Assembly (NCBI GenBank): GCA_040880425.1
Contig: JBBDIL010000003.1
Location: 9,225 to 73,224 of the forward strand
DNA from: Burkholderiales bacterium
GTDB lineage: Bacteria > Pseudomonadota > Gammaproteobacteria > Burkholderiales > Eutrophovitaceae
Direction: 5' to 3'
DNA length: 64,000 bases
The translations under genes and the position numbers were made by a program. Of this stretch, positions 45,539 to 55,083 are shown piece by piece; the first letter of the stretch is position 1; each line of letters begins with the position of its first letter. Below the pieces are notes generated by a model. The model saw nothing but the letters and a program-made list of their open reading frames with translations, ran no database searches and was not told where the DNA came from.

Positions 45539-46631
45539 CGGCGCAGTCCTGGAAACGCGGCGCGGCGGCTGCGTTCGGTCAGTCGGCGGTACCGTGAGTT
45601 TCTCAGCGTCGGGCGGACATCTGCCGAACGAGGTGCTCGCACAGGCGATACGCGAGCTTTCGGAGTGGCGCGGTACCGGACAGGGTGTCCTGGAGCTGCC
45701 GTTTACCGGGCCTGCATTCAAAGATCTGCAAGCCGGAGCAATGAGCTCTCTCCGCGCGCTGTTACGCTTGCCCGAGGGTTATCGCGTACTGTTCATGCAG
45801 GGCGGGGCTTCTACACAGTTTTCACTGGTGCCGATGAACCTGCTTCGCGGGAAAGAGACGGCTTCTTATACCGACACCGGCTATTGGTCGAAGCGCGCGA
45901 TTGCGGAGGCGCTGCGCTATTGCAGAATCGAGCTTCTGCCACCGCATGGCCTACCGGCTACGCCGGGCACCGCGTACCTGCATGTGACTTCGAACGAAAC
46001 CGCTGACGGCTGGCAGTATCGTGAGTTTCCGGATACCGGTGGCCTGCCGCTGGTTGCAGACATGACTTCGGATTTTCTGACGCGGCCGATAGATGTCTCG
46101 CGTTTCGGCCTGATCTATGCCAGCGCGCAGAAAAACATCGGCGTGGCCGGGTTGACCGTGGTTATCGTCCGCGAAGACCTCCTGGGCGGCGCGCATATGC
46201 TCACGCCATCTGCCTTCGACTACCGGATGCAGGCGCAAAGCGACTCGCTTTACAACACACCGCCCGTGTTCGCAGTGCATGTCGCCGGACTGGTGTTCGC
46301 ATGGCTGTTGGCCCAGGGTGGGCTGGAGTCGATGCAGGCTGCAGCCAGACGCAAGAGTTTATGCCTGTACGATGTGATCGACCGATCGGACGGATTTTAT
46401 CGATGCCAGGTTGCGCCGGAAGCCAGATCCTGCGTGAGTGTCTGCTTCAGGCTCGCCGGCACTGCGTTGACTCGCGCTTTTCTGGGCGAGGCGGAATCGG
46501 AGGGTTTCCTGCATCTCGCCGGTCATTCGCGAGTTGGGGGCATTCGCGCGAGCCTGTACAACGCGGTGAGTGAAGAGGCTGCGACGGCACTCGCGGAATT
46601 CATGCAGGATTTCGCAAACAGGCGCGGTTGA
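45531..46631 (+). CDS. phosphoserine aminotransferase-like class V aminotransferase
   Basis: 'FSASGGHLPNEVL', 'VLFMQGGASTQF', 'YASAQKNIGVAGLTVVIV' (PLP Lys); likely start GTG 45594. Confidence 0.75.
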   Translation: MADGAVLETRRGGCVRSVGGTVSFSASGGHLPNEVLAQAIRELSEWRGTGQGVLELPFTGPAFKDLQAGAMSSLRALLRLPEGYRVLFMQGGASTQFSLVPMNLLRGKETASYTDTGYWSKRAIAEALRYCRIELLPPHGLPATPGTAYLHVTSNETADGWQYREFPDTGGLPLVADMTSDFLTRPIDVSRFGLIYASAQKNIGVAGLTVVIVREDLLGGAHMLTPSAFDYRMQAQSDSLYNTPPVFAVHVAGLVFAWLLAQGGLESMQAAARRKSLCLYDVIDRSDGFYRCQVAPEARSCVSVCFRLAGTALTRAFLGEAESEGFLHLAGHSRVGGIRASLYNAVSEEAATALAEFMQDFANRRG

Positions 46632-47536
46632 GGCATTCCGTGATCCGCCGGGGGTGGATGCCGCACGCTGCGCAACGCGCGGCGCTTCTGCGGCTTAAGT
46701 TTGGCGCGGCGCCCGGGCGTACGCGCCTTCCGGAGGGCGGCTCGTTCACAACGATGGGACTCGTATTTCCGTCGCGCGTGGGAATGGCCGCCGGTCTGGA
46801 CCGCTACGGCAGCATGGCTCATCTTGCACACCGGATCGGGCTCGGATTTGTGGAGACGGGCACCGTCACGCCGCGCGCCGAACCGGAACACAATCGCGGC
46901 ATTGACGAACTGTTGCGAAACCTGGAGCGCCACGGCTGGGCGGATTCCAGCGCGCGCGCCGACCGTGCCAGGCTTGGCATCAGCATTGCGCGCAACTCCT
47001 CGACGCCGCACACCGATGCCTGGTGCGATTTTGCCGAATGCATGGAACGCGCCTGGCACCTCGCCGACTACTTTGCGCTGAATCTCGGCTCCCTTATGCC
47101 CGTGATGCTGAAAGACCGTGAACTGCTGCGCGGATTTCTGGAACGCATCGCGAACTGCCGGCGCGCACTGCAATTTGAGCGATATCGGTGCGTGCCGATG
47201 GTGGTGAAGTTGCAGCTCCGCGAAGGCGCATGGGGTGACACCGTGCGTGCTGCCGAGAGCGTCGTCGCGGCGGGCCTGGAAGGCTTTCTCGCGGTCACCT
47301 GCGACAATCGCACGACCGGATCAGCGTCTGCCGGCGCCTTGAAGGACCTGGCAGATATTGTCGACGGCCGATGCGTAATCCTGTCCGTCGGCGGCATCCG
47401 CACGCCGGCGGTCGCCATCGAACGACTGCAAGCCGGTGCGGCCCTGGTTCAGATACATCGCGCGCTGATCTGGCCAGGCCCACGTGTTGCACGGACGATC
47501 TCAGCGGCGCTTGCCGTCGCTGCAAAGCGTTTTTAG
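46628..47536 (+). CDS. dihydroorotate dehydrogenase-family flavoprotein (divergent, short)
   Basis: 'MGLVFPSRVGMAAGLDRYGS', 'GFVETGTVTPRAEP', C-terminal 'SVGGIRTPAVAIERLQAGAALVQIHRALIWPGP'. Confidence 0.6.
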   Translation: MRHSVIRRGWMPHAAQRAALLRLKFGAAPGRTRLPEGGSFTTMGLVFPSRVGMAAGLDRYGSMAHLAHRIGLGFVETGTVTPRAEPEHNRGIDELLRNLERHGWADSSARADRARLGISIARNSSTPHTDAWCDFAECMERAWHLADYFALNLGSLMPVMLKDRELLRGFLERIANCRRALQFERYRCVPMVVKLQLREGAWGDTVRAAESVVAAGLEGFLAVTCDNRTTGSASAGALKDLADIVDGRCVILSVGGIRTPAVAIERLQAGAALVQIHRALIWPGPRVARTISAALAVAAKRF

Positions 47537-48045
47537 CGCAATTCCTTCAGGTAGAGGATGATTTTGCGTCGCACCTCGGGATCACGTTGTCGGTAGAACA
47601 TCGTGATTCCCGGTACCCAGCGCTGTGTATCGGTGATGAAGACGTTCAGCGTGGACTCATTCCATTCCATTCCTTCGAACGCGGCCCGAAACTCCTTGGA
47701 GTAGGCATAACCCTCGACCGTTCCTGCAATGCGTCCGTATACACCGCGCAGGTGGGGGCCGTATGGCGGCGACACCGCGATGCGCTCGCCTTCGATCGTG
47801 TGCGCATGAACCAGCACGTCGGTCGCGGTATTATTGTCACCGTGATCGAGTGCAGCCCATACAGGCTGTGCCAATGGATGCATGTCGAGGTTGCGCGCCG
47901 CAGTAGTCTCAGGGCTGCCGTGGCACATCACGCATTCCTTCTCATAGAGTTTTGCGCCCTCCTCGAAGTCGCTGGCCAACGCGCTCGCGGCACTCGTGAA
48001 AATCAGTGCCGCCATCAAGCCCGCCGTTGCGATCCTGCCGTTCAT
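47533..48045 (-). CDS. class I c-type cytochrome (c2-like with insertion)
   Basis: Signal peptide from internal Met (MNGRIATAGLMAALIFTSAASALA), 'CVMCH', distal 'GITMFY', C-terminal 'ILYLKEL'; GGAGGG SD. Confidence 0.75.
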   Translation of the reverse strand: MNGRIATAGLMAALIFTSAASALASDFEEGAKLYEKECVMCHGSPETTAARNLDMHPLAQPVWAALDHGDNNTATDVLVHAHTIEGERIAVSPPYGPHLRGVYGRIAGTVEGYAYSKEFRAAFEGMEWNESTLNVFITDTQRWVPGITMFYRQRDPEVRRKIILYLKELR

Positions 48046-48126
48046 ATTGCTACCCTCCGCATGATGCAGTGCATCAAGAATGAATACACCCAATTGCCAA
48101 CCTAGTCCCCGGCGCCGCAATGGGCC

Positions 48127-48140
48127 TTGACCCACATCAA
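48127..48140. promoter_or_regulatory. FNR/Dnr-like box TTGACCCACATCAA upstream of the c2-like cytochrome gene
   Basis: One mismatch; centred about 88 bp upstream of ATG 48045. Confidence 0.45.
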
Positions 48141-48271
48141 GCCGGTTTGCCGCATCCTTCGAGCCAGGCATCAAACCGGGAGTGGATTGCGTCTGATTCT
48201 GTCAGATGGGTCGGATCGCAGGCAAGCGCCGATACGCAATGGCGACACAAAGGTGCGTCCAGCGTTGTTGG

Positions 48272-49846
48272 TCAGTGACTCGTGCCGCGGGAACGGGTGA
48301 TCTTGTTGTACACGTTGTATTTGCCCGATGGTTTGTTCATCGGCAGGCGTTTGACTTCCTCCAGCGTATTCGCATCGTAAATCACCAGCGCGCCTTCCAG
48401 GTCCCAGACGCTTGCGAGCGCGTAGCGTCCGTCGCGGGTGAATTCGATATGCGCCGCGGTCTTTCCAGGCGACGGTGTCAGGTTTCGCACGACCTCCAGG
48501 GCGAGCTTGTCGATGACCTGCAGCGTATCCCGCGTCGGGCCGTTCATGCCATCTACCCATGCATAGCGGCTCTCCTCGTGACTGCGCAGGAAGAAGCCCG
48601 GTCCCGCGGTCTCGATCTGTTTTACGGTCTCCCAGGTTTGCATGTCGATTACGGTGACCAAGCCATGCGCGAGGTTCGGCGTGGCCATCACTCGTCGGCC
48701 GTTGAGTTCCCAGTTGATGCCTGAGCCGAGGTGCGGCAGTCCGGTAAGTGCAACATCCGCGATCTTTCGGCGAACGTCGAGATTGACCACCTGGCCTTTC
48801 CCGCCGCCTCGCTCCGCGCCGACTACATAAGCGTAGCTTGGGTCAAAGAAGAAGTCGTCCAGAATCGCATCGAGCGGAATCCGTCGGATGGGAAAAGGGC
48901 CTCGCGCGGCAACGCCCTCCTTCAGCCGGTAGTCGTGTACCAGACCTTCGTAGACCGGCTCCGCGCCGACGCGGTAGGGAATCTCCCAGATTTCCGGCAC
49001 GTCCTTCAGTGCCGCGACGAAGCTGCCGCGCGGCGCGGCATCGTAAACCGCGGACACACGCGAGGAAGTGCCGGAGAGGTCGGCAACCGGAATGATCTTC
49101 ACCGGTGCGAGGTCGACCGCATCGAGCACTACCAGCGTGTGCGGCAGGTAATTGGCCACCATCGCGTAGCGCCCGTCGGAAGACAATGCCAGGTTTCGGG
49201 TGTTGATCCCGGCGCGAACCTCCGCCACGGTCTTGAGGTTCCAGATGTCGAATTTGGAGATCCAGCCGTCGCGCGAAGCGAAATAGACGTAGCGTCCATC
49301 GGGCGAGAACTTCGGGCCGCCGTGGAGCGCATAGTGTGTGCGAATACGCGCGAGCGGCTCGAAGCGGTCGCCGTCGAGAATGGTTGCATGATGGTCTCCG
49401 GTTTCCACCACGACAAACAGGTTGAGCGGATCGGCGTCGAACGCCGGCTGGTCTGGCAGGCTCCCGGACGCGTGATGCACGCGGCGGGAATCGGCGATTT
49501 GCGGCAGATCCCACTGCGGCACCCGTTCCAACGGGCGATATATATAGTCCACGAGTGCCTGCGTATCCTGCGCGGAAAGCTGGTTGGAGAAGCCGGGCAT
49601 CTGCGTCGCGATCCGCCCGTCCGCAATAATGCGTGCGGCCTCGCCCGGTTTTACACGCGAAAGATTCTCCGGCAGCAGAGCTGGGCCCATCCCGCCAAGC
49701 CGGTCAGCCCCGTGACACGACGCGCAGTGCTGGCGGTACAGCTCGTCGGGCTCGGCCGCCAGGGTAGTCTGCGCAACGGCCAGGAGGATTAAACACGGTA
49801 GAAACGAAACACGAAGGCACGAAGACACGAAGAAAAGAAGAATCAC
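48272..49846 (-). CDS. nirN: cytochrome cd1-like dihydro-haem d1 dehydrogenase NirN
   Basis: 'CASCHG' c-domain plus cd1 beta-propeller (homologous to NirS/NirF here); start set at GTG 49846 (or 49828), giving a signal peptide ...FLPCLILLAVAQTTLA/AEP; the long 838-aa track ORF is not credible. Confidence 0.8.
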   Translation of the reverse strand: MILLFFVSSCLRVSFLPCLILLAVAQTTLAAEPDELYRQHCASCHGADRLGGMGPALLPENLSRVKPGEAARIIADGRIATQMPGFSNQLSAQDTQALVDYIYRPLERVPQWDLPQIADSRRVHHASGSLPDQPAFDADPLNLFVVVETGDHHATILDGDRFEPLARIRTHYALHGGPKFSPDGRYVYFASRDGWISKFDIWNLKTVAEVRAGINTRNLALSSDGRYAMVANYLPHTLVVLDAVDLAPVKIIPVADLSGTSSRVSAVYDAAPRGSFVAALKDVPEIWEIPYRVGAEPVYEGLVHDYRLKEGVAARGPFPIRRIPLDAILDDFFFDPSYAYVVGAERGGGKGQVVNLDVRRKIADVALTGLPHLGSGINWELNGRRVMATPNLAHGLVTVIDMQTWETVKQIETAGPGFFLRSHEESRYAWVDGMNGPTRDTLQVIDKLALEVVRNLTPSPGKTAAHIEFTRDGRYALASVWDLEGALVIYDANTLEEVKRLPMNKPSGKYNVYNKITRSRGTSH

Positions 49847-49990
49847 CGGGAATCGCGCATGGCGTACGTGAGTACGTGGCCAATTCGCGGCGTTGACCGG
49901 AACAGCCGTTGCGAATACGGGGAAAAGTGCGTCGTCCCAAAGAAACAGTCCGACAAGTATTCCTTCGTGTCTTCGTGCCTTCGTGTTTCG
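49801..49990. repeat. intergenic inverted-repeat element, copy 3 (between nirJ and nirN)
   Basis: Perfect 28-bp inverted repeat CGAAACACGAAGGCACGAAGACACGAAG (49805..49832) / reverse complement (49963..49990) around 130 bp. Confidence 0.75.
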
Positions 49991-50049
49991 CTCTTTCATG
50001 CGGTTCTCGCATTTCACGTTTTCTCGGGTCTTCGTGTACCGCATCTGCG

Positions 50050-51261
50050 TCATTCCGGTAATACCGTCGCGGTGCGCTGCCGGCGGGAGTAGGGCGTTAC
50101 GCTCAGGCGTTCGCGTGAGCTCTCGACGCCGATCTCTTCGTCTTCCAGATAGCAGCCGGGGTCCTCCTCCCAGGGGTCGCCGGTAAGCTGCCATGCGCGG
50201 GTGCGCGTGTTTCCGCCGCAAACGTCGAGAAAACCGCACTCGCGGCAGCGGCCTTTCACCGGTCGCGGCCGCCGCCTGAGTCCCGCCATGAGCGAGTCGG
50301 TCGCATCGGACCAGATTTCTGAAAAGCGACGTTCGCGCACATTGCCGAGCGTGTATTCCCACCACATCGTGTCCGGGTGCACGTTGCCGAGATTGTCGAT
50401 ATTGGCGATACCGACGCCGGTGGCGTTGCCACCCCATTGGCGCAGCCGCGCGCGCAGCGCGGGTTCGGCTTGGGGATGGTGGCGTTTGACCCACAGCAGC
50501 AGCCAGGCCGCGTCGGCGTCGTTGTTGCCGGTGACGAACTCGGTCGGCAGACCTCGCTCGAGGTGATCCCACGCCGCCCGGATGAGCAGGTCGATCGCCC
50601 ATCGCGCGGAGAGATGCATGGCATCGCGCGCACGGTTGACGTTGCCGCGGCCCGCGTAATTCAGGTGTGACAGGTAGAACTTGTCCACGCGTTCCCGCTC
50701 TACCAGCGCCAGCAGCTGCGGCAGGTGCGGTGCGTTGTCGCCTGTCAGCGTAAAGCGCACGCCCGCCTTGATGCCGGCATCCCGGCACAACCGTAAGCCT
50801 TCGAGCGCGCCGTCGAAGGCGCCCGCCTTGCGGCGAAAGCGGTCGTGCGTATCGCCGATGCCATCCAGGCTGATTCCCACATAATCGAAGCCGATTGCCC
50901 TGATCGCGTTCAGGTTATGCTGGTCGATCAGAGTGCCGTTGGTGGACAGCCCGACGTAAAAACCCAGGCTCTTTGCGCGCCCGGCGATCGTGAAAATGTC
51001 CGGGTGCAGCAATGGTTCCCCGCCGGACAGAATCAGCACCTGTACGCCGAAACGCCTGAGGTCATCCATCACGCCGAAGATTTCCGGCGTTGTCAGCTCG
51101 CCCGCAAAGTCGTGGTCCGTCGAGATCGAATAACAATGCTGGCACGCCAGGTTGCAGCGCCGGATCAAGTTCCAGATCACCACCGGCCCGGAAGGCGCGC
51201 GTTGCGACGAGGGCGCTGGCTGCCCGCGGATTCCCTTCAGATACTGTGTCAATCGGAACAT
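50050..51261 (-). CDS. nirJ: haem d1 biosynthesis radical SAM protein NirJ
   Basis: 'VIWNLIRRCNLACQHCYS' CxxxCxxC; C-terminal auxiliary Cys cluster (CRECGFLDVCGG). Confidence 0.9.
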   Translation of the reverse strand: MFRLTQYLKGIRGQPAPSSQRAPSGPVVIWNLIRRCNLACQHCYSISTDHDFAGELTTPEIFGVMDDLRRFGVQVLILSGGEPLLHPDIFTIAGRAKSLGFYVGLSTNGTLIDQHNLNAIRAIGFDYVGISLDGIGDTHDRFRRKAGAFDGALEGLRLCRDAGIKAGVRFTLTGDNAPHLPQLLALVERERVDKFYLSHLNYAGRGNVNRARDAMHLSARWAIDLLIRAAWDHLERGLPTEFVTGNNDADAAWLLLWVKRHHPQAEPALRARLRQWGGNATGVGIANIDNLGNVHPDTMWWEYTLGNVRERRFSEIWSDATDSLMAGLRRRPRPVKGRCRECGFLDVCGGNTRTRAWQLTGDPWEEDPGCYLEDEEIGVESSRERLSVTPYSRRQRTATVLPE

Positions 51262-51431
51262 CGATCGCTCCTAAGTTTGTGTTCGCGTGAACTGACCGGG
51301 AAAAGAACGGCTGCCCACCAAGCGCACCGAAGCCAGCAGGAAATCATCCGGACCGGCATTGTCGTCTTTACGAGCATTGCGCTCCGTGGCTGCCTTCGCG
51401 TCGAGCCTTTCCTTCCGGTGCTCAGCCACGG

Positions 51432-51926
51432 CTATGTCAGCCTCAGTCCGGTCTTTTTCAGAATCCGGCTGCTGTAGAGCACTTCGTGACTGCGAAGTGC
51501 AGATCCGAGAAGCTGCGCGATTTGGTGCACCTTGCTCTCGACCTCGCCGCGATCGTGTCCGTGCACCATCGCGAACAGGTTATAGGGCCACAGCGGCGGA
51601 TGCCGGCTGCGCAGGTAGCAGTGGCTTGCAAGACCGCCATTGGCTACCCGCATGGCAAGACTGTCCACCGCCGCATCGTCAACGTCCCATACCGACATCC
51701 CGTTTGCGACGTATCCGATCGCGTAGTGATTCGGCACCGCCGCGATGCGCCGGATCACACCGATGTCCAGCATGCGCTGCATGCGCCGCATTACGTTTTC
51801 CGGCGTCGTGTCCACCCATGCCGCGATGTCATGGTACGGGCGAGGTGTAAGCGGAAGTCCCGCCTGCGTGGCTCTGACAATGGCCGTATCCAGCGCGTCG
51901 AGTACCGGTTCGGTCGCCATGTTCAT
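51432..51926 (-). CDS. nirH: sirohaem decarboxylase subunit NirH (Lrp/AsnC-like)
   Basis: AsnC-type fold, 'LPLTPRPYHDIA'; start ambiguous (51953/51926/51920). Confidence 0.75.
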   Translation of the reverse strand: MNMATEPVLDALDTAIVRATQAGLPLTPRPYHDIAAWVDTTPENVMRRMQRMLDIGVIRRIAAVPNHYAIGYVANGMSVWDVDDAAVDSLAMRVANGGLASHCYLRSRHPPLWPYNLFAMVHGHDRGEVESKVHQIAQLLGSALRSHEVLYSSRILKKTGLRLT

Positions 51927-51930
51927 GTGG

Positions 51931-52383
51931 TCAGACCGGGAGATCGAGCGCAACGAAATACTCGCGCAGTTTGTGGAACTCGAACACGGGATACCCGCAA
52001 CTCCGCTCTATGTCGAACAACGTGCGCGCGATATCCGGCCGCCCTGCAGCGGCGATCACAAACCACATGTTCAGCGCATGTTCGCGTCGGTAATTGTGCG
52101 CGACCTCCGGGAAAGCATTGACGATTCCGGTGACCCGTTCGTAATCATGCTCGGGTACCTGGATCGCGGCCAGCGTGTAGGCGCCTCCCAGGCGTTCCGC
52201 CTGATACAGCGGGCCAAACCGCGTGAGCGTGCCCTCGGCAAGCAGACGCCTCAAACGTTCAATCAGCGATTCCTCTGAAAGCCCGAGTTCTGCGGCCAGC
52301 TGCAGATACGGCCGGTCGCAGACCGGAAAGCCTTGCTGCAGACGGTTCAGGATCCGGCGATAGTCTTCATCTAGCTTCTGCAT
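51931..52383 (-). CDS. nirG: sirohaem decarboxylase subunit NirG
   Basis: 'LDEDYRRILNRLQQGFPVCDRPY'; start at the internal Met of track ORF. Confidence 0.75.
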   Translation of the reverse strand: MQKLDEDYRRILNRLQQGFPVCDRPYLQLAAELGLSEESLIERLRRLLAEGTLTRFGPLYQAERLGGAYTLAAIQVPEHDYERVTGIVNAFPEVAHNYRREHALNMWFVIAAAGRPDIARTLFDIERSCGYPVFEFHKLREYFVALDLPV

Positions 52384-53344
52384 ATCGCGCACCCTGTTGT
52401 TTGAAGCGCCGCAGGCCGAACAGAATCTGTTGGGAGTAATGCGCCAGCCCGCAGCTCTGGCCAAGCGAGTCGATCGTGGCCTTGACCAGGTTACGGTTAC
52501 CGCCGTGGATCATGCAGTACAGATTGAAGGGCCACGCCTCGGGATCGCGTGCGCGCCGGTAGCACAGATTGACCAACCCGGTGCCGGCTGCCGCCATGCC
52601 ATGCATGTCAACTGTTTCGTCCGGCACGTCCCACACGACCATCGCATTTTCGGTGAAGCCCAGTTCCCTGTGGCGCACGATCACGCCGATGCGCCGCAGT
52701 GCGCCGAGTGAAAGCCAGTTTTCCAGCGTGTCGATCACCTCGCTCTCGTTCATGCCGCACAGCTCACCGAGCAACGCATACGGCCGGGCCGCCAGCGGCA
52801 GCCCCTCGCCCAGCGCTGCGAGCAGCGCCCGCTCGGGTGCCGTCAGGCAGAGCGGACGGGCAGGCGGCCGCGCACACGTTACCGCGCGCGGCGAACGCCG
52901 GCGTGCGAGATCGAAGCCGAGATCGATGTGATACTCGGCGAGCAGCGGCAGCCGCATGACCGGCAGTGCGCAACTGGTTTCGATGCGCGCGATCGTCTGG
53001 ATGAGCGCATTCCCGTCCGACGCAGCGATCACGAACCAAAGGTTGACCACGTGATCGCGCTGGTAGTTATGGTTGACTTCCGGAATGGCGCTGACCTGCC
53101 GTGCGACCGAGTCCAGTCGCGATGCCGGCACCTGCATTGCTGCGAGCGTGCTTGCACCAAAGGCGCCGGGGCGATAGGTTGCGCCGACGCGACTGACCTT
53201 GCCGTCGAAGCGCAATCGCGCAAGCGCGGCCAGAACGCCGCCCACATCGTGGCCTAGTTGCATCGCGATCTGGTCATAAGGCTCGGACACCAGCGGAAAG
53301 CCGCGCTGGAAATCGTTCAGCAGCCGGTCTTCCAGCGCGTTCAT
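52367..53344 (-). CDS. nirDL: sirohaem decarboxylase NirD-NirL fusion
   Basis: Two tandem AsnC-like modules (LLNDFQRGFPLVSEPY...; LLAALGEGLPLAARPY...) in one 325-aa ORF. Confidence 0.8.
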   Translation of the reverse strand: MNALEDRLLNDFQRGFPLVSEPYDQIAMQLGHDVGGVLAALARLRFDGKVSRVGATYRPGAFGASTLAAMQVPASRLDSVARQVSAIPEVNHNYQRDHVVNLWFVIAASDGNALIQTIARIETSCALPVMRLPLLAEYHIDLGFDLARRRSPRAVTCARPPARPLCLTAPERALLAALGEGLPLAARPYALLGELCGMNESEVIDTLENWLSLGALRRIGVIVRHRELGFTENAMVVWDVPDETVDMHGMAAAGTGLVNLCYRRARDPEAWPFNLYCMIHGGNRNLVKATIDSLGQSCGLAHYSQQILFGLRRFKQQGARYAEAR

Positions 53345-54523
53345 TCAGAATCCAATCCGGAAAGCGCGCGCAGTGAAGAAAATGCCGCTCGGCTTGTCTG
53401 CCGGAACCACGGCGATACGCTGAAGGCTCGCCGTGTCGTACACCACGACCCGGTCGTCGTCGCGTGCCGAGATCCAGACAGACTCGCCGCGTGGCGTGAA
53501 CTCCATGTGCAGTACCGCACGTCCGGGCTCCAGCGTGTCGGTCACCTCGAGCCGCTCGGTATCGATTACCTGCACGCGCCCGTTGTCGGGGAAGGCAAAG
53601 CTCGTCCATACTTGCCTGCCGTCGGGCCGCGCCATTACGAACACCGGTTGCCCCGCAACCGGGATGCGCCCCACTTCCTGCCAGGTCCCGGTGTCGATGA
53701 CCAGCACTTCGTGACGGCCGACGGCGGGCAGGAATGCACGGCTGCCCGCGACGGCCCAGCCGCGAAGATGCGGCATTTTGTAGACGGGCAGACGCTCTTC
53801 ACCTCGACCGTAGCCGTCGAGCACGCGGCTGACGCCTTGTTCCGGATACCAAAGATCGAGCAGTGCAACGCCGTCCTCGCCGAACAGACCCGCGAGGTAG
53901 TACCGCCCGCCCGGAGTGATCAGGGCGTCGTAAGGCTGGCGGCCGATGTTGCGAAACTTCGTGAGCTTCGGCACGCGCGGTTCGGACAAGTCGGCGATCC
54001 AGATCTCGCCGGCATCGAACAGGCTGAATACGAAACGATTGCCCGGCGCGTCTGCCAGTCCGACAACCTTCGAGCGAGCGCCGTCGCCACCGTACTCCGC
54101 CGGAATATCCGCAAGCAGCTCGAGCGAGTCCGCTGAGAAAACTCTCACGCCGCCGGGTTCGTAATTCTGCGCGACGACGAAGCGGCCATCCTGGGATATT
54201 GCACCGCCGATGCTGTTGCCCGCCTGTATGACGCGTGCTTCGATCCTTGCCAGCAGCAGGTCGACCTTGGTGAGGCCGCCATCACGCCCGAACACGAACG
54301 CGTAACGACCGTCGCGCGAGTACACCGCCGATGCATGTGACAGATCGCCCAGTCCCTCGACTCGCGCGAGGCTCGCGCGTGCGCTCGTGTCGATGATCTG
54401 CAGGGACCCCGCGGCGCGCTCGACAACGATTCCGAGATCGCCGGTTCCGCGCAATGGCGTCTGTGCACCGACTGCCCCGGCGAGCAGCAGGGCCGCAGCG
54501 GCGATTGCCCCGCTAGTCCTCAT
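53345..54523 (-). CDS. nirF: haem d1 biosynthesis protein NirF (cd1-like propeller, no haem c motif)
   Basis: Signal peptide; propeller homologous to the NirS C-domain; no CxxCH. Confidence 0.85.
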   Translation of the reverse strand: MRTSGAIAAAALLLAGAVGAQTPLRGTGDLGIVVERAAGSLQIIDTSARASLARVEGLGDLSHASAVYSRDGRYAFVFGRDGGLTKVDLLLARIEARVIQAGNSIGGAISQDGRFVVAQNYEPGGVRVFSADSLELLADIPAEYGGDGARSKVVGLADAPGNRFVFSLFDAGEIWIADLSEPRVPKLTKFRNIGRQPYDALITPGGRYYLAGLFGEDGVALLDLWYPEQGVSRVLDGYGRGEERLPVYKMPHLRGWAVAGSRAFLPAVGRHEVLVIDTGTWQEVGRIPVAGQPVFVMARPDGRQVWTSFAFPDNGRVQVIDTERLEVTDTLEPGRAVLHMEFTPRGESVWISARDDDRVVVYDTASLQRIAVVPADKPSGIFFTARAFRIGF

Positions 54524-54890
54524 CTGCCAGGCCTTTCAACAGAACTTCCACCAGCCAGGCCGCTTCGCTTTCGTTCAAAAACGCGCTCCATCCGGGCATC
54601 GCGCTGCCGGGCCGGCCATGGAGGATCACGTGCCGAAGATTCTCTGCAGACCTGCTGCGCAGATCGGCGGCAAGCAACGGCGGCCCCAGACCGCCTGCGA
54701 GGCTCAGACCGTGACAGGAGCCGCAGTCATGACGCAACAGATGGAGCAGCTCCATGCCTCGCGCAGGTTCTGGTGCTGCAATTTCCGTGGCGCGAGCGTC
54801 CGCCAATACAAGAATTGCGATTGCTGCCAGGGCGGCTGTCAGTTTCTCCGTACGCAGTCGCATGTGTTTCGCTGGTTTGATGGTCGTCAC
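54513..54890 (-). CDS. nirC: cytochrome c55X NirC
   Basis: 'CGSCHG', 'GRPGSAMPGW'; start uncertain (GTG 54890 or ATG 54863). Confidence 0.75.
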   Translation of the reverse strand: MTTIKPAKHMRLRTEKLTAALAAIAILVLADARATEIAAPEPARGMELLHLLRHDCGSCHGLSLAGGLGPPLLAADLRSRSAENLRHVILHGRPGSAMPGWSAFLNESEAAWLVEVLLKGLADED

Positions 54891-54934
54891 ATCGAGTGTG
54901 CAGAATGATTCTGCTTTGTTTGTGAGCCAACCTG

Positions 54935-54948
54935 TTGACGAAGGTCAA
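54935..54948. promoter_or_regulatory. FNR/Dnr-like box TTGACGAAGGTCAA upstream of nirC
   Basis: Palindromic TTGAC-N4-GTCAA just downstream of the nirM terminator. Confidence 0.5.
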
Positions 54949-54965
54949 GCCGCGCTTTCGTGCAG

Positions 54966-54995
54966 ACAAAAAAGCGGGGGACGCGAAGTCCCCCA
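54966..54995 (-). terminator. rho-independent terminator after nirM
   Basis: Minus strand reads GGGGGAC-TTCGC-GTCCCCC followed by GCTTTTTTG. Confidence 0.7.
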
Positions 54996-55083
54996 ATAAT
55001 GGTGGAGTGAACGATATGGAGAACGTCCTCTTCTATATACCTCTCCTTTCTCTCCCGTACAGGGAGCATTGCGAATGCAGTAC

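Noticed and set aside
48063-48077. Perfect palindrome TGATGCA-G-TGCATCA just upstream of the c2-like cytochrome start
   Set aside because: It lies only about 20-30 nt from the ATG, next to the SD region. It is more likely a 5'-UTR hairpin or chance than an operator, and there is no second occurrence in the window.
49801-49990. CACGAAG-type short repeats as a CRISPR array
   Set aside because: There are only 2-3 irregular 7-8 nt units per arm, arranged as inverted repeats. There are no regularly spaced 25-40 nt repeats and spacers, and no cas genes.
48272-50788. 838-aa ORF suggesting a giant NirN
   Set aside because: Only the C-terminal 524 aa resemble cd1 proteins. The upstream part is Arg/Ala/Pro-rich, overlaps nirJ (50050..51261) in another frame and crosses the repeat element. 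The start was moved to GTG 49846/49828.
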